64,000 nucleotides of DNA, taken from contig SHZJ01000020.1 in the NCBI GenBank assembly GCA_009692365.1, forward strand, positions 561 through 64,560, written 5' to 3'. Source of the stretch: Gammaproteobacteria bacterium (GTDB lineage: Bacteria; Pseudomonadota; Gammaproteobacteria; Ga0077536). Every line of letters starts with the position of its first letter. The stretch's first letter is position 1. The translations under genes were made by a program, and so were the position numbers. A model generated the notes under the pieces. It searched no databases. It was not told where the DNA came from and was given only the letters and a program-made list of their open reading frames with translations. This document shows, one piece after another, positions 49,112 to 59,061 of this stretch.

Positions 49112-50092
49112 ATGATCACTTTTTACACCGGCGACGCCGGCCGGCTGACCGCCAACTCGGGTTTCATCACCGCCGAGCAACTGCCCACAGCCCTTTGGAT
49201 CGACCTTAGCGCGCCCACCCCCGCCGAAGAACAGCACTTAGAGCATCTGCTGGGCCTCGATCTGCCCACGCGTGAGGAGATGGGCAAAATTGAGGACTCG
49301 CAGCGGCTTTTCGCGCGCGCCGACGCCTTGGTGCTGACGCTGGGCGTGCTGCTGCAGGCAGACGACGACTATCCCCACGTGGAAGACCTGACTTTTGTGT
49401 TGACCCCGCAGCATTTAATCAGCGTGCGCTACATTGCGCCACGGGCGCTGGCGATATTTGCCGCGCGTAGCGCGCAGACGGCCGCGCGGGGCGTAGACGC
49501 CGAGGCGTTGTTGCTGGGCTTGCTGGAAACGTTGCTGGAAACGCTCGCCGGTCACATCGACGCGATCGGCGACGATCTGGATCGTTTGGGGCAGGAGGTG
49601 CTGGCGCCGGCCGCCCGGGCGGTTCGCCACCGGCGCCTGAACTATGCCGCCCTGCTGCGTCGCTTGGAGCACAATCACACGCTGACCGCAAAAAGTCGCG
49701 CGAGCCTGGTGAGCTTGGGGCGCCTCTTGGGGTTTTTATCGTTCGGGCTAGCGGGTGAGCGATTAAGCCACGCCACGCGCGCGCGGAGTCAGACGCTGCT
49801 GGGCGACACGCAAGCTTTGCTGGAGCACACGGGCTTTGTCGCTAACAACATCAGCTTTGAGCTGGCGGCGATACTGGGCATGGTCAACATCGAGCAGAAC
49901 AGCATCATCAAGTTCTTCTCGGTGGTCTCGGTGGTGTTTTTACCCCCGACGCTGGTGGCCAGCGTCTACGGCATGAACTTCCAGCACATGCCGGAACTCC
50001 AATCGCCCTGGGGTTACCCACTGGCGGTGCTGCTGATGTTGCTGTCCTCTGTGCTGCCTTATTTATGCTTCCGACGCAAAGGCTGGCTGTGA
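49112..50092 (+). CDS. corA: CorA family magnesium/cobalt transporter
   Basis: 326 aa with two C-terminal TM helices and the YGMNF signature. Confidence 0.88.
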   Translation: MITFYTGDAGRLTANSGFITAEQLPTALWIDLSAPTPAEEQHLEHLLGLDLPTREEMGKIEDSQRLFARADALVLTLGVLLQADDDYPHVEDLTFVLTPQHLISVRYIAPRALAIFAARSAQTAARGVDAEALLLGLLETLLETLAGHIDAIGDDLDRLGQEVLAPAARAVRHRRLNYAALLRRLEHNHTLTAKSRASLVSLGRLLGFLSFGLAGERLSHATRARSQTLLGDTQALLEHTGFVANNISFELAAILGMVNIEQNSIIKFFSVVSVVFLPPTLVASVYGMNFQHMPELQSPWGYPLAVLLMLLSSVLPYLCFRRKGWL

Positions 50093-50229
50093 GCACACCG
50101 CGCAGTGAGCGCGGCGGGTCGCCGCTGAGCGCCGCTCGCCAGCCGCGGCCGGCACGGCTCCGCTATGCTGCGGGCCGATTGGCGTGGCCAGCGCCCGCAA
50201 CGAATCAGTTTTAGCCACGGGAATTTTCT

Positions 50230-51993
50230 ATGTCGGATGACGCTTCTCTGTCGATCGCCGGGCGCAGCCTGCCGGGTAAAGTGTGGGCCCTGATTAAACC
50301 CTACTGGTCGTCCGACGAACGTTGGTCGGCACGCGGGCTGTTGGCCAGCATTGTGGCGATGGCGCTGTTCATGGTGTTTCTGGACGTCCAGTTCAATACT
50401 TGGAACAACAGTTTTTACAACGCGCTGCAGGAGAAGCGGGGCGAAGACTTCTGGGCGCTCATTCTGTGGTTCTCGTTTCTGGCCGCGGTGTATATCGCCG
50501 TGGCGGGTTACAACCGCTATCTCAACCTGTGGTTGCAGCTGCGCTGGCGGCGCTGGCTGACCGACCGCTATCTGGCGGACTGGTTGCGCGATCGGGTGCA
50601 TTACCGCATTGAATTGAAGGGCTACGGCACCGACAACGTCGACCAGCGAATTCAGGAAGACCTCAAAGATTTCGCCAGCCTAACCTTAAGCTTAGGGCTG
50701 GATTTGCTCAGTTCAGTGGTCACTCTGGTGACCTTCGCGAACATCCTGTGGGTGCTCTCGGGACCCTTGACGCTGCCGGTGTTCGGCGGCATCACCGTGC
50801 ATGGCTACATGATGTGGGTGGCCTTTGCGTATGCGCTCGTTGGCAGCGGGCTGACCCACGCGGTGGGTCGTGCGCTCGCGGGGCTTAACTACCAGCAGCA
50901 GCGCTATGAGGCCAACTTTCGCTTTGATTTAGTGCGCTTGCGCGAGAATTCTGAAAGCATCGCGGCGCTGCGAGGAGAAGCCGACGAGCAGCGCAATTTA
51001 CGGCGCCGTTTCCAGGACGTGTGGCGCAACTTCAGCTCCTTGATGCATTACTCCAAGCGGCTGACTTGGTTCATCACCGGCTATCGACAGATCGCGATCA
51101 TTTTCCCCTTTATGGTGGTCGCCCCGCGTTATTTCGCCGACACCATCAAGTTTGGCGTGATTTTTCAAACGGCTTCGGCCTTTGGGCAGGTGCAGGGCGC
51201 GCTGAGCTGGTTTGTGACGGCCTACGGCGAACTGGCGCAATGGCGCGCCACCCTCGAGCGTCTGACCAGCTTCCACGAGGCCATCGAGGCGGCCCGTCGT
51301 GAGGCGATGAGTGGCCAAGGAATTCAAGTGGTCGCCGGCGCGGCCCACGAACTCGCCATGGCCGATGTGACGATCGCCCTACCTAACGGTAACGCGCTGC
51401 TCGGACACGTGCAGCTGCGGCTGGTGGCGGGCGAGAACACGCTCATCGGTGGCGCCTCTGGCATTGGCAAGAGCACGCTGTTTCGGGCCCTGTCCGGGAT
51501 TTGGCCGTTTGGGGAGGGGCAGGTGATGGTGCCTACGGGCGCGCGGCTGATGTTTCTGCCCCAACGACCCTACCTGCCGATCGGCAGCCTGCGCGAAGCC
51601 GTGGCCTATCCCGCAGATCCGGCGGGCTTCAGCGACGAGGCCATCACGGCGGCGTTGCAGGATAGCCAATTGCCCGCGCTGACCGCGCAGTTGGACGAGT
51701 CCAGCCACTGGGCACAGCGTCTGTCCCCGGGCGAACAACAGCGGGTGGGCTTCGCGCGCGCGCTGCTCAATCAGCCGGACTGGCTGTTCCTCGATGAGGC
51801 GACCTCAGCGTTAGACGCCGCCACCGAGCGGCATCTCTATCGCTTGCTGGGCGAACGCTTGCCGCAAACCACTTTGGTCAGTATTGCGCACCAGCCCACT
51901 CTGGCGGCGTTTCACGCCCGACGGGTAGTCCTCACGGTGCACAACGCGCGCGCCGTGATCAGCGAGGTGCTCCCGGCTGCCGGGTCCTCCTGA
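50230..51993 (+). CDS. fused ABC transporter permease/ATPase, SbmA/BacA-like TMD (YddA-type)
   Basis: 587 aa. Walker A GASGIGKST, signature LSPGEQQR, Walker B LFLDEATSALD. The N-terminal TMD resembles the SbmA/BacA/ABCD type. Confidence 0.85.
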   Translation: MSDDASLSIAGRSLPGKVWALIKPYWSSDERWSARGLLASIVAMALFMVFLDVQFNTWNNSFYNALQEKRGEDFWALILWFSFLAAVYIAVAGYNRYLNLWLQLRWRRWLTDRYLADWLRDRVHYRIELKGYGTDNVDQRIQEDLKDFASLTLSLGLDLLSSVVTLVTFANILWVLSGPLTLPVFGGITVHGYMMWVAFAYALVGSGLTHAVGRALAGLNYQQQRYEANFRFDLVRLRENSESIAALRGEADEQRNLRRRFQDVWRNFSSLMHYSKRLTWFITGYRQIAIIFPFMVVAPRYFADTIKFGVIFQTASAFGQVQGALSWFVTAYGELAQWRATLERLTSFHEAIEAARREAMSGQGIQVVAGAAHELAMADVTIALPNGNALLGHVQLRLVAGENTLIGGASGIGKSTLFRALSGIWPFGEGQVMVPTGARLMFLPQRPYLPIGSLREAVAYPADPAGFSDEAITAALQDSQLPALTAQLDESSHWAQRLSPGEQQRVGFARALLNQPDWLFLDEATSALDAATERHLYRLLGERLPQTTLVSIAHQPTLAAFHARRVVLTVHNARAVISEVLPAAGSS

Positions 51994-52188
51994 TCGCGCG
52001 AGTGGGCTGGCACTGAGCGCCATTAGCCGGCGCGGCACGGTGGTGAACTCGGCAAAATTGACGGCAGGCGGGCGGCCCAGCGCAAGCGCCGGGCCACTGT
52101 GTAGCGGCCTTAGCCCAAGCTGTGGCGGCTCTGGCGTGAGCCGATGCAAGGCGCGGCGGGGCTGCTACCCCGTCGCGACGGTGCGCGC

Positions 52189-52839
52189 TTAGCCGCGCAT
52201 TTTGATTTTTTCCCACGTGGGATGCAGGCTGGTAGTGGCGCTGGCGCGCGCATCCATCCGGGCGAACCAGGCGTTGATATTTTTGAGTGTCGGGTTAATC
52301 GGTTGACCCACGTCCTTTGCAAAATCCATGCAGCAATACAGGGAAATGTCGACGAAGCGCGGGGCATTGCCGCAAATAAAATCTCGTCCCTCCATCAGGG
52401 CGTCCAGCTTGACCAGCCATTCCTGCGCCATGGCTTGGAGGTCGTCGGCGGCGGCCGGGACGCAATGCAGGCGATTTTTGAACAGCTCGTAGCCTTCCTT
52501 GTAGCGAAAGCCGTTGTAGCTGTTTTCGGTGATGTTCAGCTCGACCCGCCGCTGCCACATGCGCGCCTCGGCCCGTTCTTCTGCCGTGCTACCCACGAGC
52601 ACCGGGGTCGGGTGTTGCTCTTCGAGGTATTCGCAAATGGCGGCTGTTTCCGCGATGACCACGCCGTTGGCGAGTTCCAGCGCCGGCAATTGGCCGCCAG
52701 GATTGCGCTGCAGATAGGGCAATTGGCGATTTTCGCCGCCCATGAGGTCCACCTGTTCGGCGGGCAAGGTGAGGCCTTTTTCGGCTAAAAACATCCGGAC
52801 ACAGCGTGGATTAGGGCCAAAACTGTCAATTAGCTTCAT
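52189..52839 (-). CDS. glutathione S-transferase family protein
   Basis: 216 aa with an N-terminal thioredoxin-like GST domain (NPRCVRMFLAEKGL...NPGGQLPALEL). Confidence 0.88.
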   Translation of the reverse strand: MKLIDSFGPNPRCVRMFLAEKGLTLPAEQVDLMGGENRQLPYLQRNPGGQLPALELANGVVIAETAAICEYLEEQHPTPVLVGSTAEERAEARMWQRRVELNITENSYNGFRYKEGYELFKNRLHCVPAAADDLQAMAQEWLVKLDALMEGRDFICGNAPRFVDISLYCCMDFAKDVGQPINPTLKNINAWFARMDARASATTSLHPTWEKIKMRG

Positions 52840-53049
52840 GGCGCGACTTCCTTTTTTTTTCTGAGGCGTTGAACAACGGGCACCGCCAGGGCGGCCGCGG
52901 GGCTGTAAGAGCCGTCGAAATTAGGGCGATTTGCGCGCAGCGTCAATGAGCGTACCGTTTGGCGGGCCGCCCAGCGCGTTGCACGGCGAGCGCCTTAGAG
53001 CCGCGCGTGCAGCCCAAAACCACCATGCTAGGATGCGCCCCAGCGCACG

Positions 53050-54486
53050 TTGGGAAGCTTTACGGGTTTGCACGCCACAGTCTGGTCTTATCTCTTAACG
53101 CAGGCGTGGCGCCACTTCGAGGCCGCGCGCGGCGAACTGGTGCGCGACGCCGCCTTGGAAGCGCGCTTAGCGGACGCACGCCTGCTGCCCGCACAGGCAA
53201 AAATAGCGCGCCGCGCGCAGGCGTTAGCCGGCCCGGCCGGGGTGACGCTGGCGCTGCAGACGACGTGCCGAAGGTGGCGAGCCTGCGAACTCACCGCGGT
53301 TGCGCTGGCCGCGATCCTAGGCCTGCTGGCCTCCCGCGTGATCCCTGAAGGCTTCCCGGCCCGCGCCAACCTGCTCGTGTTATTGGGCGCGCTGCTGTTG
53401 CCCAATTTAGCCAGCTTGGCCGCGTGGCTCTTGCTGCAAGGGCTGAGCGTGCTGGGCTGGCTGCCCGCAGCCCCGGGGGGAATGGGCCGCCAGTTCGCCC
53501 GACTCGGGCTGTTCGCTACCGCTGGTAACGCCGCGGCGGGCGCAGCCGCGCGGCAGGCGCTGTTGGAGTTTCAGGCCTTGACCCCCACCGGCCGTTGGTC
53601 GCTGGCGGTGTTGACCCACGCCTGTTGGGCGGCGGCGGTCGCCGGCATGATGCTGGGTTGCTGGCTACTCCTGCTCGCCCGGCAGGTCGATTTTTACTGG
53701 GGCAGCACCTTGCTAGACCCACCCGCCGTGCAAGCCCTGCTGCACACCCTGGGTCAGCCGTTGGCCGCCCTGGGGTGGCCCGTCCCCGGGGTCGGCGATA
53801 TCGCCGCGAGCCGCATCGATGTGCTGGCTCAAGACGCCGTGCAGCGGCAGCGGTGGGGCTATTTAGCGCTCGGGGCGCTGCTGGTCTATGGCCTCTTGCC
53901 GCGCTTGGTGTGTCTGGCCGGGTCGTTACTGCTACGGGCTTGGTCGGCCCGGCAGCTGCAAGTCGACCTCCAGGCGCCTGACTATTGGCGGGTCAGTGGG
54001 CTGCTGGCCGCCCGCGCACCGACGCTCGTGGTGTTGGATGCCGACCGTGCGTCCCCCGGGCCCGCCGTCGCCCTGCCGAGGGGCGCCCAAGCGCCGCTGC
54101 CCGCCGGGGCCGCGTGGCTCGCACTAGAGCGCCCGCTCGTAGCGGCCCGTGATTGCGACCACGATTTCGGCTGCATCGCCACCCGTGCGGATCAGGCCCG
54201 CGTGCTGGCGGCGTTAACCGCCCCCGCGGCGTGGCCGGCGCTCGTCGTGCAGGCGGCGTTGGTGTCGATCCCGGACCGCGGCGTGCACCAATTTCTGGCT
54301 CGGGTGGTAAAACTCGCCGCCGGCCCGGTGTATCTGCGCGTCTTGGACACCCCGGAAACCGGCGACTGGAGTCCCGCGCAGTGCAGCGCCCGCGCCGATG
54401 ACTGGGCCACACTCGCCGCCGGCGCGGGGCTCGCCGGGGTGCATTTTGCGCGCCTCCAGCCCCGCTCGGCGCCCGTCACGCCGTGA
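53050..54486 (+). CDS. polytopic membrane protein, DUF2868-like
   Basis: About 478 aa with several hydrophobic helices (e.g. LLVLLGALLLPNLASLAAWLLLQGL, ACWAAAVAGMMLGCWLLLL). Start uncertain (TTG 53050; no in-frame ATG nearby). The DUF assignment is from memory of the DUF2868/DUF3482 gene pair. Confidence 0.55.
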   Translation: MGSFTGLHATVWSYLLTQAWRHFEAARGELVRDAALEARLADARLLPAQAKIARRAQALAGPAGVTLALQTTCRRWRACELTAVALAAILGLLASRVIPEGFPARANLLVLLGALLLPNLASLAAWLLLQGLSVLGWLPAAPGGMGRQFARLGLFATAGNAAAGAAARQALLEFQALTPTGRWSLAVLTHACWAAAVAGMMLGCWLLLLARQVDFYWGSTLLDPPAVQALLHTLGQPLAALGWPVPGVGDIAASRIDVLAQDAVQRQRWGYLALGALLVYGLLPRLVCLAGSLLLRAWSARQLQVDLQAPDYWRVSGLLAARAPTLVVLDADRASPGPAVALPRGAQAPLPAGAAWLALERPLVAARDCDHDFGCIATRADQARVLAALTAPAAWPALVVQAALVSIPDRGVHQFLARVVKLAAGPVYLRVLDTPETGDWSPAQCSARADDWATLAAGAGLAGVHFARLQPRSAPVTP

Positions 54487-55871
54487 CGCCCGGACTCATT
54501 CGATTGGCCGTGATCGGCCATACCAATGCCGGCAAGACCTCGCTGCTGCGCACCGTGCTGCGCGACCGGGAGTTTGGCTTGGTGTCGAGTCGACCGGGCA
54601 CGACCCGCCAGGTCGCCGCGGTGCAGGTCGATCTCGGCGAGGGTTGCTGCCTGGAACTGGTGGACACCCCGGGGCTAGAAGACTCCATGGGCCTGCTCGA
54701 TGCGCTGCACGCCGGTGGCTTTGACCCCCGCGAGCCGGGCGGCGCCAGGCTGGCGCGCTGGCTGGCCACCGCGGTCGCCGAGGCAGAGTTTGCCCAAGAA
54801 GCCAAGGCCCTGCGGCAACTCTTGGCGGCGGACCTCGCGCTATTTGTGATCGACGCCCGGGAGCCCGTGATCGGCAAATACGAGGACGAGTTCACGCTGC
54901 TGGCCGGCGCCGGCAAACCCTGTCTGGTGGTGCTTAATTTTGTCGCAATGCCCGCCGCGCAACCCGCCGCGTGGCGCGCCGCGCTGCAGCGTGCCGGCTT
55001 GTTCAACGTGACCAGCTTCGACACGGTGGTATTTGAGGCGGCCGAGGAGGCCCGTTTGCTGCAGCAGGTGGCGTTGCTGCTGCCCTCGGCCGCCGCGCAC
55101 TGCGAGCGCTTGCGGGTGCTGCGCGACGCCGAGCGCGCGACACAGCGCACGCTTGGCGCCGCGCTCATCGCCGCGATGCTGCTGGACTGCGCGGCGTGGC
55201 GTGCGCCCCTGGATGGCGCCGGCGCGAGCCCGCTGGCCTCGCGTATTTTGGCCCGCGAGCGCAGGCTCGTGGCAGATTTGTTGCGGCTGTTCGGTTTCGC
55301 CGAGGCCGACTATGTCAACCAGCCGCCGCCGGTGGTGGGCGCACTGTGGCGCTTTGACCCCTTTGACCCCGCCACCCTCAAAGAGCTGGGTTTGGAACTT
55401 GCCTTGGCCGCGGCCAAGGGCGCCGCGTACGGGGTGGTGATCGACATTGCAACGCTCGGCCACACCCTGGGCCTGGGCGCTTTGCTGGGCGGGGTGATCG
55501 GCGCGGGCGTGGACGCCGCCACCCGTTTCAACGGGCAGTTGCGCGACGCCTGGACGGGGCAGCGCTATGCGCAGTTGGCGCCCACCGCCGCGCTTTTTTT
55601 GGCCCGCCGGGCCTGCGTGCTGGCGGGTGATTTGGCGCGTCGTGGTCACGCCGCGGTGAGCCCGCTGGCCGCGCGCACGGCACTGGCGCGAGCGCTGCCC
55701 GGCGAAGACCAAATTGCCGAGGCGCTGGCCGCTTGCGCCCGCCATCCCGCGTGGTCGGCGCTGGGCGCGGCGCCTGCGCCCGGGGACAGGCGCCGCCACG
55801 CCACGCTGCTGGCGCTGGAAACAGCCCTCAGCGTCGCGCTGCGCGACCCCACGGCGACCCCGCTCGACTGA
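54483..55871 (+). CDS. membrane-associated P-loop GTPase, DUF3482-type C-terminal domain
   Basis: The GTG start overlaps the upstream stop (GTGA). G1 GHTNAGKTS, G2 region PGTTRQ, G3 DTPG. VVLNFVAM sits where NKxD is expected. C-terminal Gly-rich hydrophobic segment GVVIDIATLGHTLGLGALLGGVIGAGV. Confidence 0.72.
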   Translation: MTPGLIRLAVIGHTNAGKTSLLRTVLRDREFGLVSSRPGTTRQVAAVQVDLGEGCCLELVDTPGLEDSMGLLDALHAGGFDPREPGGARLARWLATAVAEAEFAQEAKALRQLLAADLALFVIDAREPVIGKYEDEFTLLAGAGKPCLVVLNFVAMPAAQPAAWRAALQRAGLFNVTSFDTVVFEAAEEARLLQQVALLLPSAAAHCERLRVLRDAERATQRTLGAALIAAMLLDCAAWRAPLDGAGASPLASRILARERRLVADLLRLFGFAEADYVNQPPPVVGALWRFDPFDPATLKELGLELALAAAKGAAYGVVIDIATLGHTLGLGALLGGVIGAGVDAATRFNGQLRDAWTGQRYAQLAPTAALFLARRACVLAGDLARRGHAAVSPLAARTALARALPGEDQIAEALAACARHPAWSALGAAPAPGDRRRHATLLALETALSVALRDPTATPLD

Positions 55872-55959
55872 GGGGTGGCGGTATCCAGTGGACAGGCCGT
55901 GCGGTACTTTAGACCCGCTCGTACCCAGCGTCTTCGGCCGTTTTTGCGTGGAGGTAGCG

Positions 55960-57456
55960 ATGTCGATCCCCAAACCCAGCGCCAGCGACGTCGTGCGCCT
56001 AGGCGCACGCATCGGTTACCAAATCTCACCCGCCGATGCGCTCCACTACGCCCACCTCATGGGCGGTGTGCTCGGCGGCTACGATACGCTGGACAGCTTA
56101 GCCGACGAGCCGCCCGGCGTGCTTTATCCCCGCGATGCCTTTGCCTATCCCGCGGCCAGCCACAACCCGCACAACGCTTGGTATGTGCGCACCAGTATTC
56201 CGGGTGCGGCCAGCGGGCCGTTGGCGGGCAAACGGGTGGCCGTGAAAGACAGCATCATGGTAGCCGGGATCCCCATGATGAACGGGTCGTCCCTGCTGGA
56301 AGGCTATGTCCCCCAAATCGATGCCACCGTGGTCCAGCGGGTCTTGGCGGCGGGGGGCGAAATCGTCGGCAAAACGCACTGCGAGTATTTCTGCCTTTCG
56401 GGCGGCAGCCATACCGGCGCCCAAGGCCCGGTCCATAATCCGCATCGGCGGGGCTATTCGGCCGGCGGGTCCTCGAGCGGCAGCGCCGTGGTGCTGGTGA
56501 CGGGCGAAGCCGATTTTGCCCTGGGTGCGGATCAGGGCGGGTCGATCCGCATCCCCGCGGCGTTTTCCGGGGTCGTGGGCATGAAGCCCACCTACGGCCT
56601 GGTGCCGTACACCGGGATCGCGCCCATTGAGGGGTATCTCGACCATGTTGGACCGATGACCCTAGGCGTGCGGGATAACGCGCTCCTGCTGGAAGTGCTG
56701 GCGGGCCGCGACGAGTTTGACCCGCGGCAGCGCGAGGAGGGTACGGGGCGCTATACCGAGGATTTGGCTGGCGGCGTGGCGGGCTTGCGCATCGGCGTGG
56801 TGCAGGAGGGTTTTGGCCGGGCGGGCGGGGAGCCCGAAGTCGACGCCATGGTGCGTGCGGCGGCCGCCTGCTACCGCGAGTTAGGCGCTAGCGTGGCGGC
56901 AGTCTCCGTGCCGCTGCACACGCTGGGGGCGGCCATCTGGTCTCCCTTAGGGATCGAGGGGCTCACCACCACCGTGCTCGAGACGCAGGGTTTCAGCTTC
57001 GGCCGGCCAGACTATTACCCGGTGGACATGATGCAATGGCTGCTGGCGCGCCGCGATCGCCTCGACGAAGTACCACCCAACGTCAAGTTGTTCACCTTGG
57101 TGGGGCGGCATGTGATGGAGCGCTATGGCTATACCTATTACGCCAAGGCTGCCAACCGCGCGCGCCGGCTGCGCGCCGACTATGACGCCGCACTCGCCCG
57201 GTTTGACGTGCTGCTGATGCCCACCACCCCGATGAAAGCGCCCGCCCTGCCGCCCGTCGATGACCTGCGGCAGTGGTGCCAGCGCGCCACCGAGATGCTG
57301 GCCAACACCTGCCCCACCAATGTCACCCACCACCCCGCGCTCAGTCTGCCCTGCGGGTTCTGCGATGGCCTACCCATCGGGATGATGCTCATCGCGCGCC
57401 ATTTCGACGAGGCCACGCTGTATCGCGCGGCCTATGCCTTTGAACGGGCGTCCTAG
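55960..57456 (+). CDS. amidase (amidase-signature family)
   Basis: About 498 aa from ATG 55960, preceded by GGAGG; the track ORF from 55714 is an extension. AS-family motif GGSSSGSAV. Confidence 0.9.
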   Translation: MSIPKPSASDVVRLGARIGYQISPADALHYAHLMGGVLGGYDTLDSLADEPPGVLYPRDAFAYPAASHNPHNAWYVRTSIPGAASGPLAGKRVAVKDSIMVAGIPMMNGSSLLEGYVPQIDATVVQRVLAAGGEIVGKTHCEYFCLSGGSHTGAQGPVHNPHRRGYSAGGSSSGSAVVLVTGEADFALGADQGGSIRIPAAFSGVVGMKPTYGLVPYTGIAPIEGYLDHVGPMTLGVRDNALLLEVLAGRDEFDPRQREEGTGRYTEDLAGGVAGLRIGVVQEGFGRAGGEPEVDAMVRAAAACYRELGASVAAVSVPLHTLGAAIWSPLGIEGLTTTVLETQGFSFGRPDYYPVDMMQWLLARRDRLDEVPPNVKLFTLVGRHVMERYGYTYYAKAANRARRLRADYDAALARFDVLLMPTTPMKAPALPPVDDLRQWCQRATEMLANTCPTNVTHHPALSLPCGFCDGLPIGMMLIARHFDEATLYRAAYAFERAS

Positions 57457-57474
57457 ACCTGCTGGCCGGCGGCG

Positions 57475-59061
57475 CTACGCCCGCTCGGCGAGCGGCGGGG
57501 GCGAGTACTGATAAAGCCAGGTTTCGCTGAGCGTCTCAGCGCCCAGCACTATCTGCGCGCGCAAATCGATGGGGGCCAGAGAGGCGTCGGGCTGGAGGTC
57601 AAAAATCGCGCGAAAGCCGTTCACCGCGTCTAGCGGTCGCACGGAAGGAAGCAGAATTTTGCCCCGCGTCGCGCTCACCCGCAGTTCGATGGGGGCATTA
57701 CGCGGCAAGAGCGGCAGTTGACCACCGCTGAAATCCAACACAAAGCGCCAAGAAAATTGGCTGCGGGCCTGGCCCACCACCCCACCCAAGCCGGTGCGGG
57801 TAGCCGCGACGCTCGCCACCTTGGGCACTCGCGGGGGTTCCCGCCCCCAATGCGCGCGATACCCGAAGAGAAATTCTTGCCCGACCTGCAGCGGTTTTTC
57901 GGGCGTCCAGAAGACCACGATGTTGTCGAAGGTTTCGTCGTTGGTAGGCAGTTCCACCAGCGTTACCGCACCCGCGCCCCAGTCTCCTTTGGGCTCTATC
58001 CACACGCTGGGACGGCGCTCGTAGAACACGCCGTCGTCTTGATAGTGATCGAAATTGCGGTCGCGTTGCAGGAGCCCAAAGCCGCGCGGATTCCGATCGA
58101 TGAACTGGTTGAAGCGCAGGCCGCGGGGGTTTTCCAGCGGCCGCCACAACGACTCGCCGCTCCCGGTGATGATCGCTAGTCCATCGGAATCGTGAATTTC
58201 TGGCCGGAAATCCCGCGCCAGTCGCCGGTCGTTTTCGCCGGTCTGGTACATGCTGGTCAGCGGGGCGAGGCCGAGGCGCTCGATCGGCTTGCGCAAAAAC
58301 AGCGCCACGTCGATGTCCATGACCAAAGTCGGCCCTAACTGCAGGTCAAAACGGTAAGCACCCGCGCAGCTCGGGGAGTCGAGGAGGGCGTAGACCACCA
58401 GATGGTCGGCGTGGCCGCTGGGGCGCTCGAACCAAAAATTGGTGAAATCCGGAAATTCTTCGGGCCGCGGCAGCCCCGTATCGATGGCGAGGCCCCGCGC
58501 CGACAGGCCGTACTGTTTATCGACCCCAACCGCACGAAAATAGCTGGCGCCGAGGAAGGCCACCATGTCCGTGTCTTGATTGAGCGCTTGGACGAGCCGA
58601 AAGCCGGCGTAACCCAAGTCGGGTGGCAGCGCGTCGGCCACCACGCCGCTGCCGCCAAAATCGAAACGGCTGGCCTCGTAGGCAATGGCGCGCGCCTCGC
58701 CGGCCACTACTTCGTGTAACTGCACGGGGCGTTTAAACAGAAAACCGGGGTGGAAGAAGCGCAGCTCGAGGCCGAGTTGGTCGTGATGCCAGAGGGCTTG
58801 CTCTGGCCGGTAGCGCACGGCTTGGTAGCGATCGAAATCGAGGCCTTCGAGGGCCGCCGGCAGGGGCGGAACAAAGGCGTCGTAGGGGGCCCGTGCCAGC
58901 GCATCGGCACGGCCTTTAAGCACTGCGAAATCGAACGGCGAGGGGGCTTCCAAACCGGCCGCACGCACCCCGCTGGCGCCGGCGGCGAGCGCCAGTAGCG
59001 CGATGAGCGCTTCCCGGCGACGCAGCGAGGGCCCCCCCAGCGGCTCCTCAGGCCACCGCAC
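57475..59061 (-). CDS. opgD: periplasmic glucan biosynthesis protein (OpgG/OpgD family), Tat-like signal
   Basis: 528 aa with MdoG/MdoD family similarity throughout. The N-terminus SLRRREALIALLALAAGASGVRA looks twin-arginine-like, as in OpgD. Confidence 0.85.
   Translation of the reverse strand: MRWPEEPLGGPSLRRREALIALLALAAGASGVRAAGLEAPSPFDFAVLKGRADALARAPYDAFVPPLPAALEGLDFDRYQAVRYRPEQALWHHDQLGLELRFFHPGFLFKRPVQLHEVVAGEARAIAYEASRFDFGGSGVVADALPPDLGYAGFRLVQALNQDTDMVAFLGASYFRAVGVDKQYGLSARGLAIDTGLPRPEEFPDFTNFWFERPSGHADHLVVYALLDSPSCAGAYRFDLQLGPTLVMDIDVALFLRKPIERLGLAPLTSMYQTGENDRRLARDFRPEIHDSDGLAIITGSGESLWRPLENPRGLRFNQFIDRNPRGFGLLQRDRNFDHYQDDGVFYERRPSVWIEPKGDWGAGAVTLVELPTNDETFDNIVVFWTPEKPLQVGQEFLFGYRAHWGREPPRVPKVASVAATRTGLGGVVGQARSQFSWRFVLDFSGGQLPLLPRNAPIELRVSATRGKILLPSVRPLDAVNGFRAIFDLQPDASLAPIDLRAQIVLGAETLSETWLYQYSPPPLAERA

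Noticed and set aside
59048-59061. 14-nt overlap between the rlmI stop and the opgD start, suggesting an odd rlmI-opgD operon
   Set aside because: The opgD start is not certain and same-strand overlaps are common in compact genomes. There is no functional inference beyond possible co-transcription.
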